Shown here: positions 30,393 through 46,110 of the stretch, one piece after another
Position numbering within the stretch: position 1 is the first letter of the stretch
How the letters are laid out: every line of letters starts with the position of its first letter
DNA from: the human T2T-CHM13v2.0 reference genome, Homo sapiens
Length of the DNA: 64,000 nucleotides
Assembly (NCBI RefSeq): GCF_009914755.1
Contig: NC_060933.1
Reading direction: 5' to 3' (one strand)
Translations under genes and position numbers: made by a program
The notes under the pieces: model-generated
Database searches by the model: none
What the model saw: the letters and a program-made list of their open reading frames with translations, nothing else
Told to the model about the DNA's origin: nothing

Positions 30393-31503
30393 CTGAAAAG
30401 AACAATGTCAGTAGCCTGGGTGTCAAGTCCTCAGAATAGAGAGCTGTCATTTTAAGTTGTCCAATTCTTTGCCTATGATTAAAAAATGAATATTTCACAT
30501 CAATGGGTGACAATCCCATTAGCATGATACCCCATGATATCAATTACCACCTCAGTTTCAGTTTGGCTGGCTGGCCACAGGGTACCATTTCTCAGCTTTA
30601 CTTGTGATGGGCTGGCTCTGTGAAGCATGACATTCTTAAATTGCTGCCCATTATCCAAGTGTCATTACTTGTACTGCCTCAGAATTCTCTGAATCACAAG
30701 CAGCTACTGAGGTCAAGCTTTGCAACCAGAGGAATTGGACAAGTTGGAAAATTCTTTATATCAAGGCAAAGTTATTTATCTGGCATCCGACTTAGAAAAT
30801 CTAAAGTTTCCATTATCCTGACAGTGTGTCAGTTTTGTGTAGGTATATTGATTTAATAATTTAAGAGGTTTTATCAAGGTAGCAGGAGGTTAAACGTTTA
30901 CTGTGTTTGCATTATTCAGAATGTTGCTTTGTTTTTTTGGCCTCCATCATGCTGATAATAGATTCTATTTAACTCTTCTCCATACCCAACTATACATATA
31001 AAATTATTCCTATAATCATAAAATACATAAACAGTTTGACTTTTAGCATGGCATTTTCAGTCTATCAAAATAAAAAAAAAAACAAAATGTCTTAGCAGTT
31101 ATCTGTCACATAGGTATATCAAATTTTGTAATAAATTTATGGAAGAGGTAGATTCAAACATGCCTATAATAAACATTCAAAATGAATAATTTGGGGCTTT
31201 TTTGCTACCTCCATAAGCATTTTGCAAGAAATATGATTTCCAACAGTCATTGGAATTTTTCTGCATGAAACTGTAATACTGTATTTGGGATCATTCTTTG
31301 ATTCTTAAATTATATTCATAAATTCATAAATTGAGATTTTAAACTCTAAAAAAGGAGTTTTCTTCCAAACTTTTCAAATTAGGGCACTCTATCAACGAGG
31401 GAGAGAAGGCCCAGTGAAGAGGTATTGGTAGCTATTTGACAAACCTGACATATCCCCTTAGAGCATAATTTCAGCAAAGATTTGGGGAAAAAAAGCAAAC
31501 TTA

Positions 31504-31877
<374 letters not shown>

Positions 31878-32234
31878 TTAAACTTCCAAGAACTTACTGC
31901 TTTGGGCCCTATCCATATGCTCAGATTGGGAACGGGTCAGTGGGTGGGATGATTTCATTCTTTTCTGCCTTTAGTGGTATTTCACTTGGGAAGTTGAGAA
32001 ACATCATTTTACTGTATGTAACAACATACTTTTAAAGATCTTACTAAATGCATTTTATAAATTAAACCTCATTTAAATGCATTCTAGGACCTTAGAAGTT
32101 AACAAAAACATTCATAGCAGGATGTCTTTTACACTTCATCTTAGCCAAAAGACCAAGAAGCGATGCAAGATGCCTTTTAATGGAGAGGGTCTTCTTACTA
32201 ATCCTATGTGTATATCCTGATTTTCTTCAATATG

Positions 32235-32343
32235 TACTTTTTAAATTTTAAGTTCCAGGGTACATGCTCAGGATGTGCAGGTTTGTTACATAGGTAAACG
32301 GGTGCCATGGTGGTTTCCTGCACCTATTAACCCATCACCTAGG
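32235..32343 (-). mobile_element. Short L1PA 3'-end fragment
   Basis: aagttccagggtacatg...caggtttgttacataggtaaac...cccatcacctagg; tcttcaatat on both flanks. Confidence 0.75.
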
Positions 32344-32762
32344 TCTTCAATATTTTTTAAAAACTCATTTCCAGTGTGTGTTTAATAGTAATTTAACAAG
32401 AAAAATAAGATCTCAGATGCTTTATCAAGCTCAGCTTCTTCTATGGAACAGAAAAACTTACCAATATTGGGGTTGAATCCTTGTGAAGAGTTATACATAC
32501 CAAACTCTACCCTAACCCCATATGCTTATTACAAATTATAATTCCAAATTTTATCACCAAATCAAACTCAGAGTAATAGAAAAGAAATATTTAACACAAA
32601 CTAATAATTAAAACACAAATTTCACCTATTGTTCAGGATATCTTTTTGAGAAAGGTTTTTGTTAAAGAAAATTTCAGATACAAACATAAAGAAAATTAAA
32701 CAATCAATCCCCATATTCCCAGCTCTCAATAATGAGCCACTCATAGCAATCTTTCAACTTAC

Positions 32763-32800
32763 TTTTAATCCATATTTTGAATCCACAATAGTTATGATAC
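32763..32800 (-). CDS. ZNG1A: ZNG1/CBWD coding exon 6 (G|IITIVDSKYGLK)
   Basis: ctttgtag|GTATC...TTAAAA|gtaagt; 38 nt; phase 1/0. Confidence 0.95.
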
Positions 32801-33861
32801 CTACAAAGGAAAAAACATTTTAATCACTTTTTAAAAAGAATGTTTATTAATATTTGTACAACCATACTTCAAAATGAAAATTAAAACTAACCTATTTCAG
32901 TTCACAATACTACTCAATAAAACAATGTACTGTTTTTTTCTCTTGCCAGTGCTGCCATTTAATTAAATTCCAGTAATAAGTCAATGCATTTCCTGAGTGG
33001 CTAGCACTATTTTAAGGCACTAGAAACGATATAAAACAAATAAAAATTTTAAATTAAATAAATAAGAAAATAAGATTTCCTTGGCACTGAAAAAGCTTAC
33101 AATCCAAAATATAAGTCAAATTTCATAACATAGTCAAATGTGATAAGTACATAAGACAGGTTATTTCTAGTTTATTTTCACATAATCAAAATCAAGACTT
33201 TTCTTAAGATTTAAATTATTGCCTAAAGAATGAGACATCTTAAGGTATCATTCCTAACATCTCTCACCAAATCCAAATCCAACTCATAAATGTTCTACAT
33301 AACATATGCCTAAGTTTCCAAACTACCAATTCATTTTGCAATCTCTGAATATATGCTGATAACAAAAGAATGAGTTTAATTATACCTAAGGAATTCAACC
33401 AGTTACCCGCCACATATATTAGAGCTCAATGATGGGGCCCAGCTTAATAATTCTTAAATTTCTTAATGATTATTACTTTTGAAAAAGTAAGAAAATTTCG
33501 ACTGAGAAAGGGAGAAAACATAGTCGCTTAACTAAGAAAGTTTCTAATATATTTTAAATGAAGGCATATCATTGCCCAAAAGTGTTCAGGTAAATAAAGT
33601 AAGACAGGAGTGTTTAATTCTTATCTTCAAGAGAAAATAAAAGCAAAAATATGATCCTCATATTGCCTGGAGGATTAAAATAAAAGGCTCTAACATTATA
33701 TTAAGGGCATAAATCAAACAACAGAGGATACAGAAAACCTACAAAGCATTTTTTTTTTTAAAGAAAACCTTAGTGGAAGCACTAAATTGGAAGTTGAGTG
33801 ACATCGAGTTCCACCACTGTCTGGGGTTTTTTAATCTATATGAACAAAGATTTCATCATTA

Positions 33862-34272
<411 letters not shown>

Positions 34273-34307
34273 CAAGAAAGATAAAAGAAAACTGTTTTTT
34301 AACTTAC

Positions 34308-34367
34308 CATCAAGATAAATATCACTCCCTAATTCAGCATCAACCCAAAACATAGAAGCCACTGCAC
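34308..34367 (-). CDS. ZNG1A: ZNG1/CBWD coding exon 5 (G|[19 protein letters not shown])
   Basis: attttcag|GTGCAG...GATG|gtaagt; 60 nt; phase 1/1. Confidence 0.96.
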
Positions 34368-34484
34368 CTGAAAATATATAATATTCATCAAATAAAAATA
34401 TTTCTTCACACTGAGAAACATGATTCTATCCATGTTTTAATTTGCCCTGATAAAATTAACAGGTAAACACATATATCTTCTTAT

Positions 34485-34560
34485 GGAAATTATAGTGATA
34501 GAAGCTTTAACTATTTATAGCAAAAGGGAATTATAGTGATAGAACCTTTTACTATTTATA
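34485..34560. repeat. Two-copy tandem repeat, period 41
   Basis: ggaaattatagtgatagaagctttaactatttata / gggaattatagtgatagaaccttttactatttata. Confidence 0.85.
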
Positions 34561-35854
34561 CCCATTCCATTTCCATCTCTCTTGTTATTTCCTTTAAAAA
34601 AGACCAATTCTAACCACATATAAACAAAACATCATTCTTCTACCGATGCCATAATAATTTAATTAACAGATATTATCAAACAATTTGAGCAGTATGGCTT
34701 TGTGCACATCAGACTTATTTTTATTTTCTCACCTCTTTAATATGATAATCATTCAATCATAAATAGTGAATTATCACTCTAAAGGAAAAGGAAAACAAAA
34801 CATAGATAATTCCAAAATCACTTGCCCAAAAAAAATTTACTTGTAATCTGTGTAGAACTAGAAGTAAAATTATATACTCTATGGCATTACTAATTATTCC
34901 TCACACTATTTATTTAGTACTGTATAAAACCTGGGTCTTAGGAAAAATTTTTCCTAAATAATAAATTAAAACTTGCTTTTGACAGAAATTGGTTCAGTAC
35001 CAAACCACATACCCTGATTAGTATGCCACAACGCAAGAAAAAGAAAACTGACAGCAAGGAAAGTATTTGATTTTTGAAAGCATCACAGGCCCAGTTAGTG
35101 ACAGGGCTGTCTAAAAGAATGAGTGTAGGAGAAAAACAAGGATAATCAAACTCATTCCAGCGTCTAAAGCTGTCCACCTACTCTGCCAAGATGTGGTCCC
35201 CCAAGCATCACTCGGTGTCAACAATGAAATACCTGTCAGCTGTTTACAGTGATTACTCATGCAAGATATAGCAAGGGCCACAAGATCTAATGGTTTCCTG
35301 ATACCTATTGATTTTTTTCCCAAAAACTTAATAGTTTTCCAATTTGACTCAAATAGGATTTGTGAGTAACAGGGGCTGAATCAATGTCTGTTCTTTTCAA
35401 GGAAATTACTTTACCATGACAATTATTTAACTTAGAACTGGAGCGTGTCAGTCTCCAAAACGGGAAACAACTGAATTGCCAATAAGAATTTTGTTCACTT
35501 TCTTGGCTAAAACATGATTTTAATTAATGAGGGGGGAAATTAAATCTACTGTATCACTACTCCAAACAATAAGTCATTTAAAAAAGCATGAATTTTTTCA
35601 CTCAGTAAAATATCTAACATACATAAATCATTTTGTAATTTTTAAAAATTCATTGATTTTTATTCCAATAAATAGTTTACAAATCCTACTGTTAATATTT
35701 GCCTCTTAAGTTGAAATGTAAGAGTATATTAATGCTTTATTCTAAAACTGGTATTTATCTTTGATATAATACTTGCCAGACTACATGAGAAAGATCTATT
35801 TAAAATTTGGATGTAGGTATTTAGGAGGAGTAAAGATGAATGAACAAAATTGAT

Positions 35855-36068
35855 CAGTGGCTCTCAAATCAGGGTGCTTTTCTCCCCAGGGAATATTTGG
35901 CAATGTCTGAAGATGTTTTTGGTTGTCTTAACTAGGGGAATGCTACTGGCATCTAGTGGGTAGAAGCCAGGGATGTTGTTAAATATCCTACTCTGCACAG
36001 GGCAACCCCCTCACAACAAATAATTATCCAACCCAAAATGTTATTTGTGCTGACACTGAGAAAACCTG
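35855..36068. mobile_element. MER20 (hAT-Charlie)
   Basis: cagtggctctcaa...ggcatctagtgggtagaagccagggatg...gagaaaacctg. Confidence 0.85.
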
Positions 36069-36849
36069 AACTACATTTTAGAATCTCCCTTCTTCAAAAT
36101 CTAATAAAACAAAAAATAAAAATAAAAAATAAAACAAAAAGGCCAACATTTTATTAGCAGCAACCAAATATAAAAGGGCCTGCCATAAATTTTGAAGACT
36201 GATAGTCAAAATAAGAAACAAAGTTATATGTGATTGATGGTCATTCCCAACTCTACCCCTACCTCCAATAAGAGGTTGTAGGGAAATAGTTTACAAAATC
36301 CTAAACACTTACCAGAAATACACTCCAAAATGACAAAAAGTAGAGCCGAGGAATGAATAAGCAACACAAGGAAAAGTCAACAAAAAAATTTCAAGAGTGA
36401 GTTTTAACCATCTCTTTGCTTTGGGAAGGAGAAGGTCAGGTCACATTCTAGGGCTCAGAACAAAGAGAAATGAGAGGTCTGAGGTCGAATGATGTCCCCA
36501 TACAAGGCAAAGGAATTTTATTCATAAGCAGTTGGGCAGACCCAAGAGTGAAATACTTGGTACTTCAAGAGAGCAGAACCTAAAAGCCACATTGCCCCAT
36601 TTGGCTCTCTGAATCACCACTTTTCCCTTCTCTTTCCCTCCACTCCAACAATATACAGCTTTCAAACTAGGGCTCAGGAGAAAAACAAACTTGGGTAAGG
36701 AGAGTGGAGTATTAAAAATATTTCCCATCAGCACCACATAGAAGTTCTCCCACATCAAGAAGAAACATGTATGCATATGTATTACAGCCTGACAAAAAGA
36801 AACACGCACATACAGGGAATAAAAAGCAAGAAAGAACACAAAATGAAGA

Positions 36850-38000
36850 AATGAATAGGGCACACAAGTGGCAAAGAACCCATTCTGGAAGGATACATAA
36901 CCCAATAAAAACTAAAGAAAATTCTCAACAACTTCATCATAATGAAGAACTTGAAAACAATACAACCTTATAATAAACAAGCTCAAAAGCAAGAAGAAGC
37001 AGAATAAGATGAAAATGCGTTTGTAGCGCTAAAGAAACTTAGAGCCTATATAACACAATGACTTAACCAATTAATTCATTTAAAATATCAAAAACAGGAC
37101 AGACACTGGAGAAAACAGAATTATTGACAAAAAGAAAGGCTTCAGATGATCACAGTAAATGCAAAGGTAAAAGACAAATCAAAGCAATTAGAATACATAC
37201 GAACAACAAAAGAAAATTCAGTATTAAAATAACTGGTGTCATGAAGTAGAGGATCTAATAATTTGACCAAAAAAAAGTATTCATGGTAATAAACAAGGAA
37301 AATGTTCTTAGAAGAACTAAGGGCATACTATAATTTAGGGAAAAATGATTATAAGTGACACTTAGATATACCTTGTTTATATTACTGAATTTCAAAAATA
37401 AAGAAGAAAACTCTCAGGCATTTTAGATTAAAAAAAAAAATTGCCTTCAAGGAGGTAGGGAGAAAAATCAGACTTTTCTACAGTAACACTAGATGTCCCA
37501 AAATAATAAAACAGGGACCACAAAGTTCTAATGAAAGTGTTCCCAAACAAGTTATTTTTCAGGAACGAAAGCAATAGACAGACATTCTCAAGCATTAAAG
37601 AAAACAGCAAGCATTGAAACTCAGAGACTATAATACTCACAAATTCTTCCTAATAAAAAGAGAAAACATTGGACAAAGAAATCCAGCCAATCAAACACTA
37701 GGAGATTATGGAACAACATTTACAAAGTTGAGGGGGAATAAAGTGTGACTGATAAATTTTATACCTAGCCAAGTAATCCTTCAAGTAATATAAAAACAAA
37801 AGACAAATATTTTGAATCAATGAAGTGTATAAGAACCCAAAGAATGCATGCAGTACCTGTAACTTGAAAAGACTGCCTGACAATGAAATTCAATCAGGAG
37901 ATGGACTAACTCGGGAATGGAGAAGCAACAGTACTGGTAATAAGCACCAAAACTATTAAAACATAGAACTAAAAGAATTATGACAGAACCATGACAACAT
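36850..38000 (+). mobile_element. Ancient L1 ORF1-like / HAL1 remnant
   Basis: A-rich strand bias; aaaaatcagacttttctacagtaacactagatg and aattttatacctagccaag resemble the L1 ORF1 C-terminal region. Confidence 0.5.
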
Positions 38001-38562
38001 AAAGAATATGATCAACATGAAACTAGGCCAATTAATATCCTACAATGGCCTGTAAGTGTTCAAGTGAAAGGAACAGTCACCTGTTTCTCACTTTAAATCA
38101 AGAGCTAGAAATGATTATGCTTAGTGAGGAAGTTATGTTGAAAGCCAAGATACGCCAAAAGCTAGGTCTCTTGAGCCAGTTAGCTAAGTTGTGAATGCAA
38201 AGGAAAAGTTCTTGAAGGAAATTAAAAGTGCTACTCCAGTAAACACACAAATGATAATAAAACAGCCTTATTGCTGATATGAAGTGGTCTGGATAGATGA
38301 TCAAACAAGCCACAATGTTCCCTTAAGCCAAAGCCTAATTCAGAGCAACCCTAACTCTCTTCAGTTCTATGAAGGCTGAGAGAGGTGAGGAAGCTAGAGA
38401 AGAAAAGTTGGAAGGTAGCAGAGGTTGGTTCACAAGATTTAAAGAAAGAAGCCATCTCCATAACATAAAAGTGCAAGGGAAAGCAGCAAATGCTGATATA
38501 GAAGCTGTAGTAAACTACCTAGAAGATGTGGCTAACATCATTCATGAAAGTAGCTACACTAA

Positions 38563-38881
<319 letters not shown>

Positions 38882-40184
38882 AGCAACAGATTTTTAATGG
38901 AGATGAAATGGCCTCCTTTTGGAAGAAGATGCCATTTAGGACTTTCATAGCTATAGAGAAGTCAATGCCTGGCTTCAAAGATTCAAAGGACAGGCTGACT
39001 CTCTTGTTAGAGGCTAAAGCAGCTGGTGACTTCAAGTTGAAGCCAATAATCATTTACTATCCTGAAAATTCTAGGGCCATTAAGAATTATGCTAAATCTC
39101 CTCTGCCTGTTTTCTATAAATAATAAAGCCTAGATGACAGCACATCTGTTTACAGCACGGTTTAGTTTAAGCCCACCATTGAGATCTACTGCTTAGAAAA
39201 GAAAAGATTCCTTCAAAATATTATTGCTCATTGACAACGCACCTGATCACCCAAGAGCTGTGATGGAAATGTACAAGATTAATGTTGTTTTCATGCCTGC
39301 TAACACAACATCCATTCTGCAGCCCACTGATCAAGGAGTAACTTTGACTTTTAAGTCTTATTTAAGAAATATATTTCATAAGGCTATAGCTACCATAGAC
39401 AGTGATTCCTCTGATGGATCTGGGCAAAGTAAATTGAAAACCTTCTGGAAAGGATTCATCATTCTAGATGCCATTAAGAACATTTGTGATTCATGGGAGA
39501 TCAAAGTATCAACATGAATAGGAGTTTGAAAGATGATTCCAGCCCTCACAGATGACTTTGAGGGATTCCAGACTTCAATGGAGGAAATAACTGCAGATGT
39601 GGTGGAAACAGTAAGAGAACTAGAATTAGAAGGGGAGTCTGAAGATGTGACTCAATTCCTGCAATCTCATAAGAAAACTTTAACTAATGAGAAGTTGTTT
39701 CTTATGGACGGGAAAAGAACGTGGTTTCTTGAGATGGAATCTACTCCTGGTGAAGATGCTATGAACACTGTCAAAATGACAACAAAGGATTTAAAATATG
39801 ACAGAAGCTTAATTGATAAAGCAGGGTTTGAGAGGACTGACTCCAATTTTGAAAGAAGTCATACTGTGGGTAAAATGCTATCAAATAGCATCATGTGCTA
39901 TAGAGACATCTTTTATGAAAGGGAGAGTCAACTAATGCAGCAAACTTCATTATTATCTTATGAAATTGCGATAGCCACCCCAACCTTCAGTAACTACTAC
40001 CCTGATTGGTCAGCACCCATCAACATCGTGGCAAGACCCTCTACCAGCAAAAAGACTATGACTTGCTGAAAGCTGAGATGATTGTTAGCATTTTTTAGCA
40101 ATAAATATTTTTAATTAAGGTATGTATGTTTTTTAGACAATTCTATTACACATTTTATAGACTACAGTATAGTATAAACACAGC

Positions 40185-40344
40185 TTTTTTTTTTTTTTTT
40201 TTTTTTTTAAGAAATGGGGTCTCATGCTGTCATCCAGGCTGGAGTGCAGTGGTGCAATCATGACTCACTGCAGCCTCAAACTCCTGAGCTCAAGTGATCC
40301 TCCCAAGTAGCTGGGACTACAGGCCTGTGACATCACACCCGGCC
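40185..40344 (-). mobile_element. Partial Alu (J-like or monomer) inside Tigger1
   Basis: Poly-T plus shortened reverse Alu arm. Confidence 0.8.
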
Positions 40345-40469
40345 AAAACGCATAACTTTTATATGCAATGGGAAACAAAAAAATGTGTGTGACTCACTCT
40401 ATTGTGATATTCAGTTTACTGCAGTGATATGGAACTAAGCCCACAATATCCCTGCGGTATGGCTGTACA

Positions 40470-40630
40470 GTATAAGAATCACCTGAAGGGCTTATTAAAA
40501 ACAGCTTGCTTGACCCCCTCCCTTAGAGATTCCGATTCAGTAGATCTGGGTTGGTCAAGAATTTGCCTTTCTAACAAGCTCCCAGCTGAGGCTGAGGCTG
40601 CCATTCAACATACTACCAAGTAGCACTGGC
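40470..40630. mobile_element. MER5A (hAT-Charlie)
   Basis: agaatcacctg...agagattccgattcagtagatctggg...aatttgcctttctaacaagctccc. Confidence 0.75.
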
Positions 40631-40664
40631 ATAGAGAGATCCCTGGAATAAAATGTACCTACTT

Positions 40665-41078
<414 letters not shown>

Positions 41079-41889
41079 TAAATTTTTTTACAATGAATGT
41101 TCCATCTTTACCCAAACAATAAAATCTTTATTGTAAAGAAAGTTAGAAGCAAGAAACATTAACATTTTTTATAACTACAATTTGTATAAAAGCTTTCTCT
41201 GTGATCTTTAGTTTTTCTTTCTTCCTCTGAAAAGCTGAATCGTGTTTAATTAAACTCTCAAAAGTATCAAGTTTTTGTCTATAAAATGGCAAAACTGGCT
41301 ATGATGAAATAAACTGATATTTGCTATTTCTAATAAAAGCATACAATATATTTTTCTTTCTTACCAGATTCAAATATTTAACACCAACATATTAGTCCAA
41401 GTCCTATCATTAGTCAGATTTATCAGAAAGGTATGAAAACCCATGCCTACTATAAGGACCAAAATAGCCTAATTCAATACTACTTTGAAAACATGGGGAT
41501 GATGTTATTATGTAATTGTTTTAAGTACAATAACCACTGATCACATTTGAACTCTCAGGATACTTCAATATTTCTTTTGGACAACTATGACCTGTTGAGT
41601 AAATTACCCCCAAATACTTTAATATAGTTTTACAAATCGCCCCAATGCCAGAGACCCAGATCAAAAAAAAAAATAATGGTATGGGTCAGATTCACAGAAT
41701 AAGCACTAACTTTTATGCAAAATGAAAATAAAGATTTTATCTAAAAGTTATTTGGGGAAAATAAGCAGACTTTATCAAGAATTAGAGCTTGGTAAGAAGG
41801 TAACAGAAACCCATTGTTAGAAACAGGTTGACTCTGTGTAGCTTTCCATAGTAGAGTTCAGAGTTTCCTGTCATGATTCCCTTATCAAT

Positions 41890-42091
41890 GCAGTGTAATA
41901 ACTACTTACACAGCACTTACATTGTATTAGGTATTATAAGTAATCTACAGATGATTTAAAGTATATGGGAGGATGTGCATAGCTTATAGGCAAATACTAC
42001 ACCATTTTATGTAAGGGACTTGAACATTAATAGATTTTGGTATCCTCAGAGATTCCGGAACTAATACCCCATGGATGCCAAGGGACAACTG
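41890..42091. mobile_element. MER2-like (Tigger family) fragment
   Basis: cattgtattaggtattataagtaatctacagatgatttaaagtata...gggacaactg followed by TA. Confidence 0.75.
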
Positions 42092-42406
42092 TACTTAGAG
42101 GTAGAACGTCTCTGCTCTTCCTACATGTCCTTATTTTTAACAACTTCTGTTCTTACAAATAATCCTAAGTCAATCAATAAAACTTCAAATTCTATTAACA
42201 GCTTAAAAGTACCAAGAAATACTCTGTTCATTCATTCAACTGCCAAAGAAAATGACAACCGAGTACTTTTCCTCTTTTAAACCAAAAAAAGTTTTTGGTT
42301 TAATACTAACAAAAGCTTTAATCCTCATTTTAGATATTCCTCTAATACATCTATTTACAATATATCACAGAACTATATTCTGGTTATTAATAATCTCACT
42401 TCTTAC

Positions 42407-42498
42407 CAGGGTCTGCTAATCCAGTGGTCTCTAACAGTATGTAATCAAATTTCCCCTTCTTTTGCATCAAATTCTCAATAGCTCTAAGGCCACTGTCC
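42407..42498 (-). CDS. ZNG1A: ZNG1/CBWD coding exon 4 (K|[30 protein letters not shown]), Walker B ExxG
   Basis: ttctccag|GGACAGT...CCCTG|gtaaga; 92 nt; phase 2/1. Confidence 0.96.
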
Positions 42499-43595
42499 CT
42501 GGAGAATACCAAAACATAATTTACAGTTAATTACCTAAATATTTTGAAGTGATTATTATAAACACTTTAAAATATATTCAACAACCCGAGACAAAAGTAC
42601 CCTTGGGAATGTGAAAATTTAACTCACTTCTAACCTTCTAACAAAATGTCCGTCCCATATTTACCAGTGAGAAAACAATAGATGCATATATATAATAGGT
42701 AAAAAGAAATCATATACATAATACTTTATCAAAATTAAAAGCAGAGGAAACTTTATCTGACCAAGTATCTTTTTATAGCTTTATGAAATTTTTAAAAACC
42801 AACATACAAAATAATGATAAAATGTATTAACTATAGTAGTTTAATATAATAGCTAAAGAGACACTGATATTAAACACCATATAATTCTATTTTACATTAG
42901 GATGCAAGGTTTTAATTTCCTTTTTTCTTATTTTATCAAAAGTGAAGGAAAATCCTTAATAGATTATATTTTGGTTGTTCAAGAAAGTCTGTTATAATTT
43001 TATCCTTGCCAAAACATTTGACACAAAGTCAAATACCTAAGGGAGTAAATGATGCCGAAGAGATTTAATTCACTAGAATACACAAAATTAACAGTACAAG
43101 TAGTCATTTTTATAATTCATTCAACAAATATTTGAGTGCTACTATGTGTTGGGTAACTCTTCTAGGGTCTATGGTAGACTAGTGAACACTGTCCTTGAAA
43201 ACTTAACTAGTAGAACATAACGTAAGGTTTTTCTCTTTTTTGATAGTCATTTATTTTTTTTATAAGGTTGAACACTTAGAAGTATGACCAATGACAGATT
43301 AAATTCAGAATAATCATTTTTTACATATGAGACTTTCATGCACTAGAGATTAAATAAGCCCTGACATCAAAAGCAATAAAAACTCAATAAAAGGACCAAA
43401 ACATTAGAGCAGATAGAAAAGACAGCAAGAAACACTTTAAGAAAATGCTTCCTAATAAGTTTATTTTCTATTTGTTTGAAAATACAATGAAGCAAACTGT
43501 GTAAATTCAGTTAAATTACTCAAGAAAATTAAAGCTGGAAATATAATCAATAAACATTTCTAGTAAACCATGTACACAGTAAACACATTCCTCAC

Positions 43596-43692
43596 TTCAC
43601 TGAACAGCAGAGGCAACCGTTTCTAAGTTCCAGCCACTCTTCATAGAGCTCTCCACCTTGGCTGACAGCTAAGGATTTCTCCAGCGCACTTC
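43596..43692 (-). CDS. ZNG1A: ZNG1/CBWD coding exon 3 (G|[31 protein letters not shown]), Zn-binding CxCC
   Basis: attctag|GAAGTG...GTGAA|gtgagg; 97 nt; GCLCC is the COG0523 hallmark. Confidence 0.97.
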
Positions 43693-44231
43693 CTAGAATA
43701 ATTAACAAACAGCACTCTTTAGCTTATGTCCATTAGCCAAAAAAAAACAAAGATGAGGATAACTCAATAATGGAGATCTTAAAGCAGAAACTGCATTTTA
43801 TAACTTATATTCTTTCATTTTATTCATGCAGCCTCGATATCTAAATTACAGTACACTACATTATTTTAGCTTTTATTTAAGATGACTTAAGCCCTGAAAA
43901 AGACACATCCTAAACTGATAAACATACCTACTTCCTCCTTAGGCCTCTTACTTGGCCACCCCCATTTCTTAATAAAGTAGCTATCTTGAAGGCATTTTTT
44001 TCTTGTCCAGGGTAAACTTTCTAAATAGACCAGTATGTTTTATATACTGGATTTTGTATGCCCTTCAACCTCTTAAGAGACTGCCTTATCTATCTTTTTC
44101 TTTTCATTCTTCTTCTAAATTGTTTCTGTTAGACAAACTGCTGAATATTCCCAATGAGTAAAAACCCTAGTTCATCTTGAGGAAGGTTTTTGGCCAGTGT
44201 ACCACGTGCTCATTTAAAAATTAAACTTATA

Positions 44232-44528
<297 letters not shown>

Positions 44529-45423
44529 TTACTTAAGAAAGAATAAACTACATTTGAAATGCTTGTTATCTATAAGAATTATTTTAAATGTTTTACTTTT
44601 CCTCTAATAAAGAAATATACCAAACAGTGAAGTTCTAAAAGCCCACTAAGCAAATGAGCTCCCATAAAATCGAGTAGTTTTACACTTACATATTTTTTAT
44701 ATTTCAGCTAGGTATTAATAAAGAGCTTCTAAAGAGGTTGCTACAGAATTTGGACTATATACAGATCATTAATGAAACATGAAGAAAAGTATTGAGAATG
44801 CTGTGAAAAATAAAATTGCAAAAATGATCCAGGAAAAAATAAAGAAAATAGTAAGAATAAATGTAATCAGTGTGCAATAGGTTATTTAATAAGATGATGA
44901 AAAAAACAGTCTGTTATTAGAAATCTCAGGATTTTTGCCTAAAAAGCACTTTTCTCTTTAGTTTATTAAAACCAGAAATCGAATATAACTGGCTTCCCAT
45001 CCTGTTCATAAAACCTAGCTCTTTTACTTTTTACAACTGAAAAAAAATAGTACATTTTAAAAGAAATCGTTTAATAGATATTGTTTTTTGGCTAGAAGTA
45101 AGCTTTGATTACAATTCATACTTATGAAGAAAAACTTCTATAAAGATAACAGAAGTATCGTGTCTAGAGCTATTTTTTTGACTACAGTTTAATATTTCAG
45201 TTGAGAAGTTAAGCACACTTATTTTCACAGATAACTTAAAATACATGAGGATAAAGACCATATGTTTACCTTTATTTTTAAAATATTGAGTTTTAACTGC
45301 ATTGCAGATAATAAACATTAAACAAAGTTAACTAATAACAGAAGCATTTTCAAGTATTTTTCATGAGTTGCAATAAAGTCCATACAAAAGTGCTTTCCTA
45401 ATTCCTAAAAAAAACATTTTTTC

Positions 45424-45730
45424 GCCAGGCATGGTGCCTCATGCCTGTAATCCCAGCAACTTTGGGAGGCCGAGGCGGGTGGATCACAAGGCCAGGAGCT
45501 CAAGACCATCCTGGCCAACATGGCGAAACCCTGTCTCTACTAAAAATACAAAAATTATCTGGGCATGGTGGCGCACGCCTGTAGTCCCAGCTACTCAGGA
45601 GGCTGAGGCAGGAGAATCACTTTAACCCAGGAGACAGAGGTGGCAGTGAGCTGAGATTGCACCACTGCACTCCAGCCTGGCGACAGAGAGAGACTCCATC
45701 TCAAAAAAAATAAAATAAAATAAAAAATAA
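45424..45730 (+). mobile_element. AluSc-like
   Basis: Full dimer with (AAAAT)n tail. Confidence 0.9.
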
Positions 45731-46023
45731 ACGTTTTTTCATATGTCTAGATTTTTACTTCTGGAGTCATTTATTTCATGTAAAAATGTAGTTTAATTCT
45801 GTTAATAAGAATTCCAAAGTTATACAAAATAAAATTTTATTAAAACTAATTTCAGTATCTCAACCCATATAAATCTTAACAGAAATTAATCCAACTTTTC
45901 TAAAGCTATCCACATCAATACAATACCTTGCATTTTCATTTTTAAATATGGAATATCAATTCACCAGAGGAATAAACAGTCACACAAAATCTTGCAACAT
46001 GACATTTATTGAACTTTACTTAC

Positions 46024-46110
46024 CTTCCCCAAATTCATTTAAAATGACCGCTACTCTTTTACTATGTTGCTCTGTCAAAATATAGTTCAGAAGTGTTGTC
46101 TTCCCAGCAC
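46024..46110 (-). CDS. ZNG1A: ZNG1/CBWD coding exon 2 (G|[28 protein letters not shown]), completes Walker A
   Basis: ttttatag|GTGCTG...GGAAG|gtaagt; 87 nt; phase 1/1. Confidence 0.97.
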
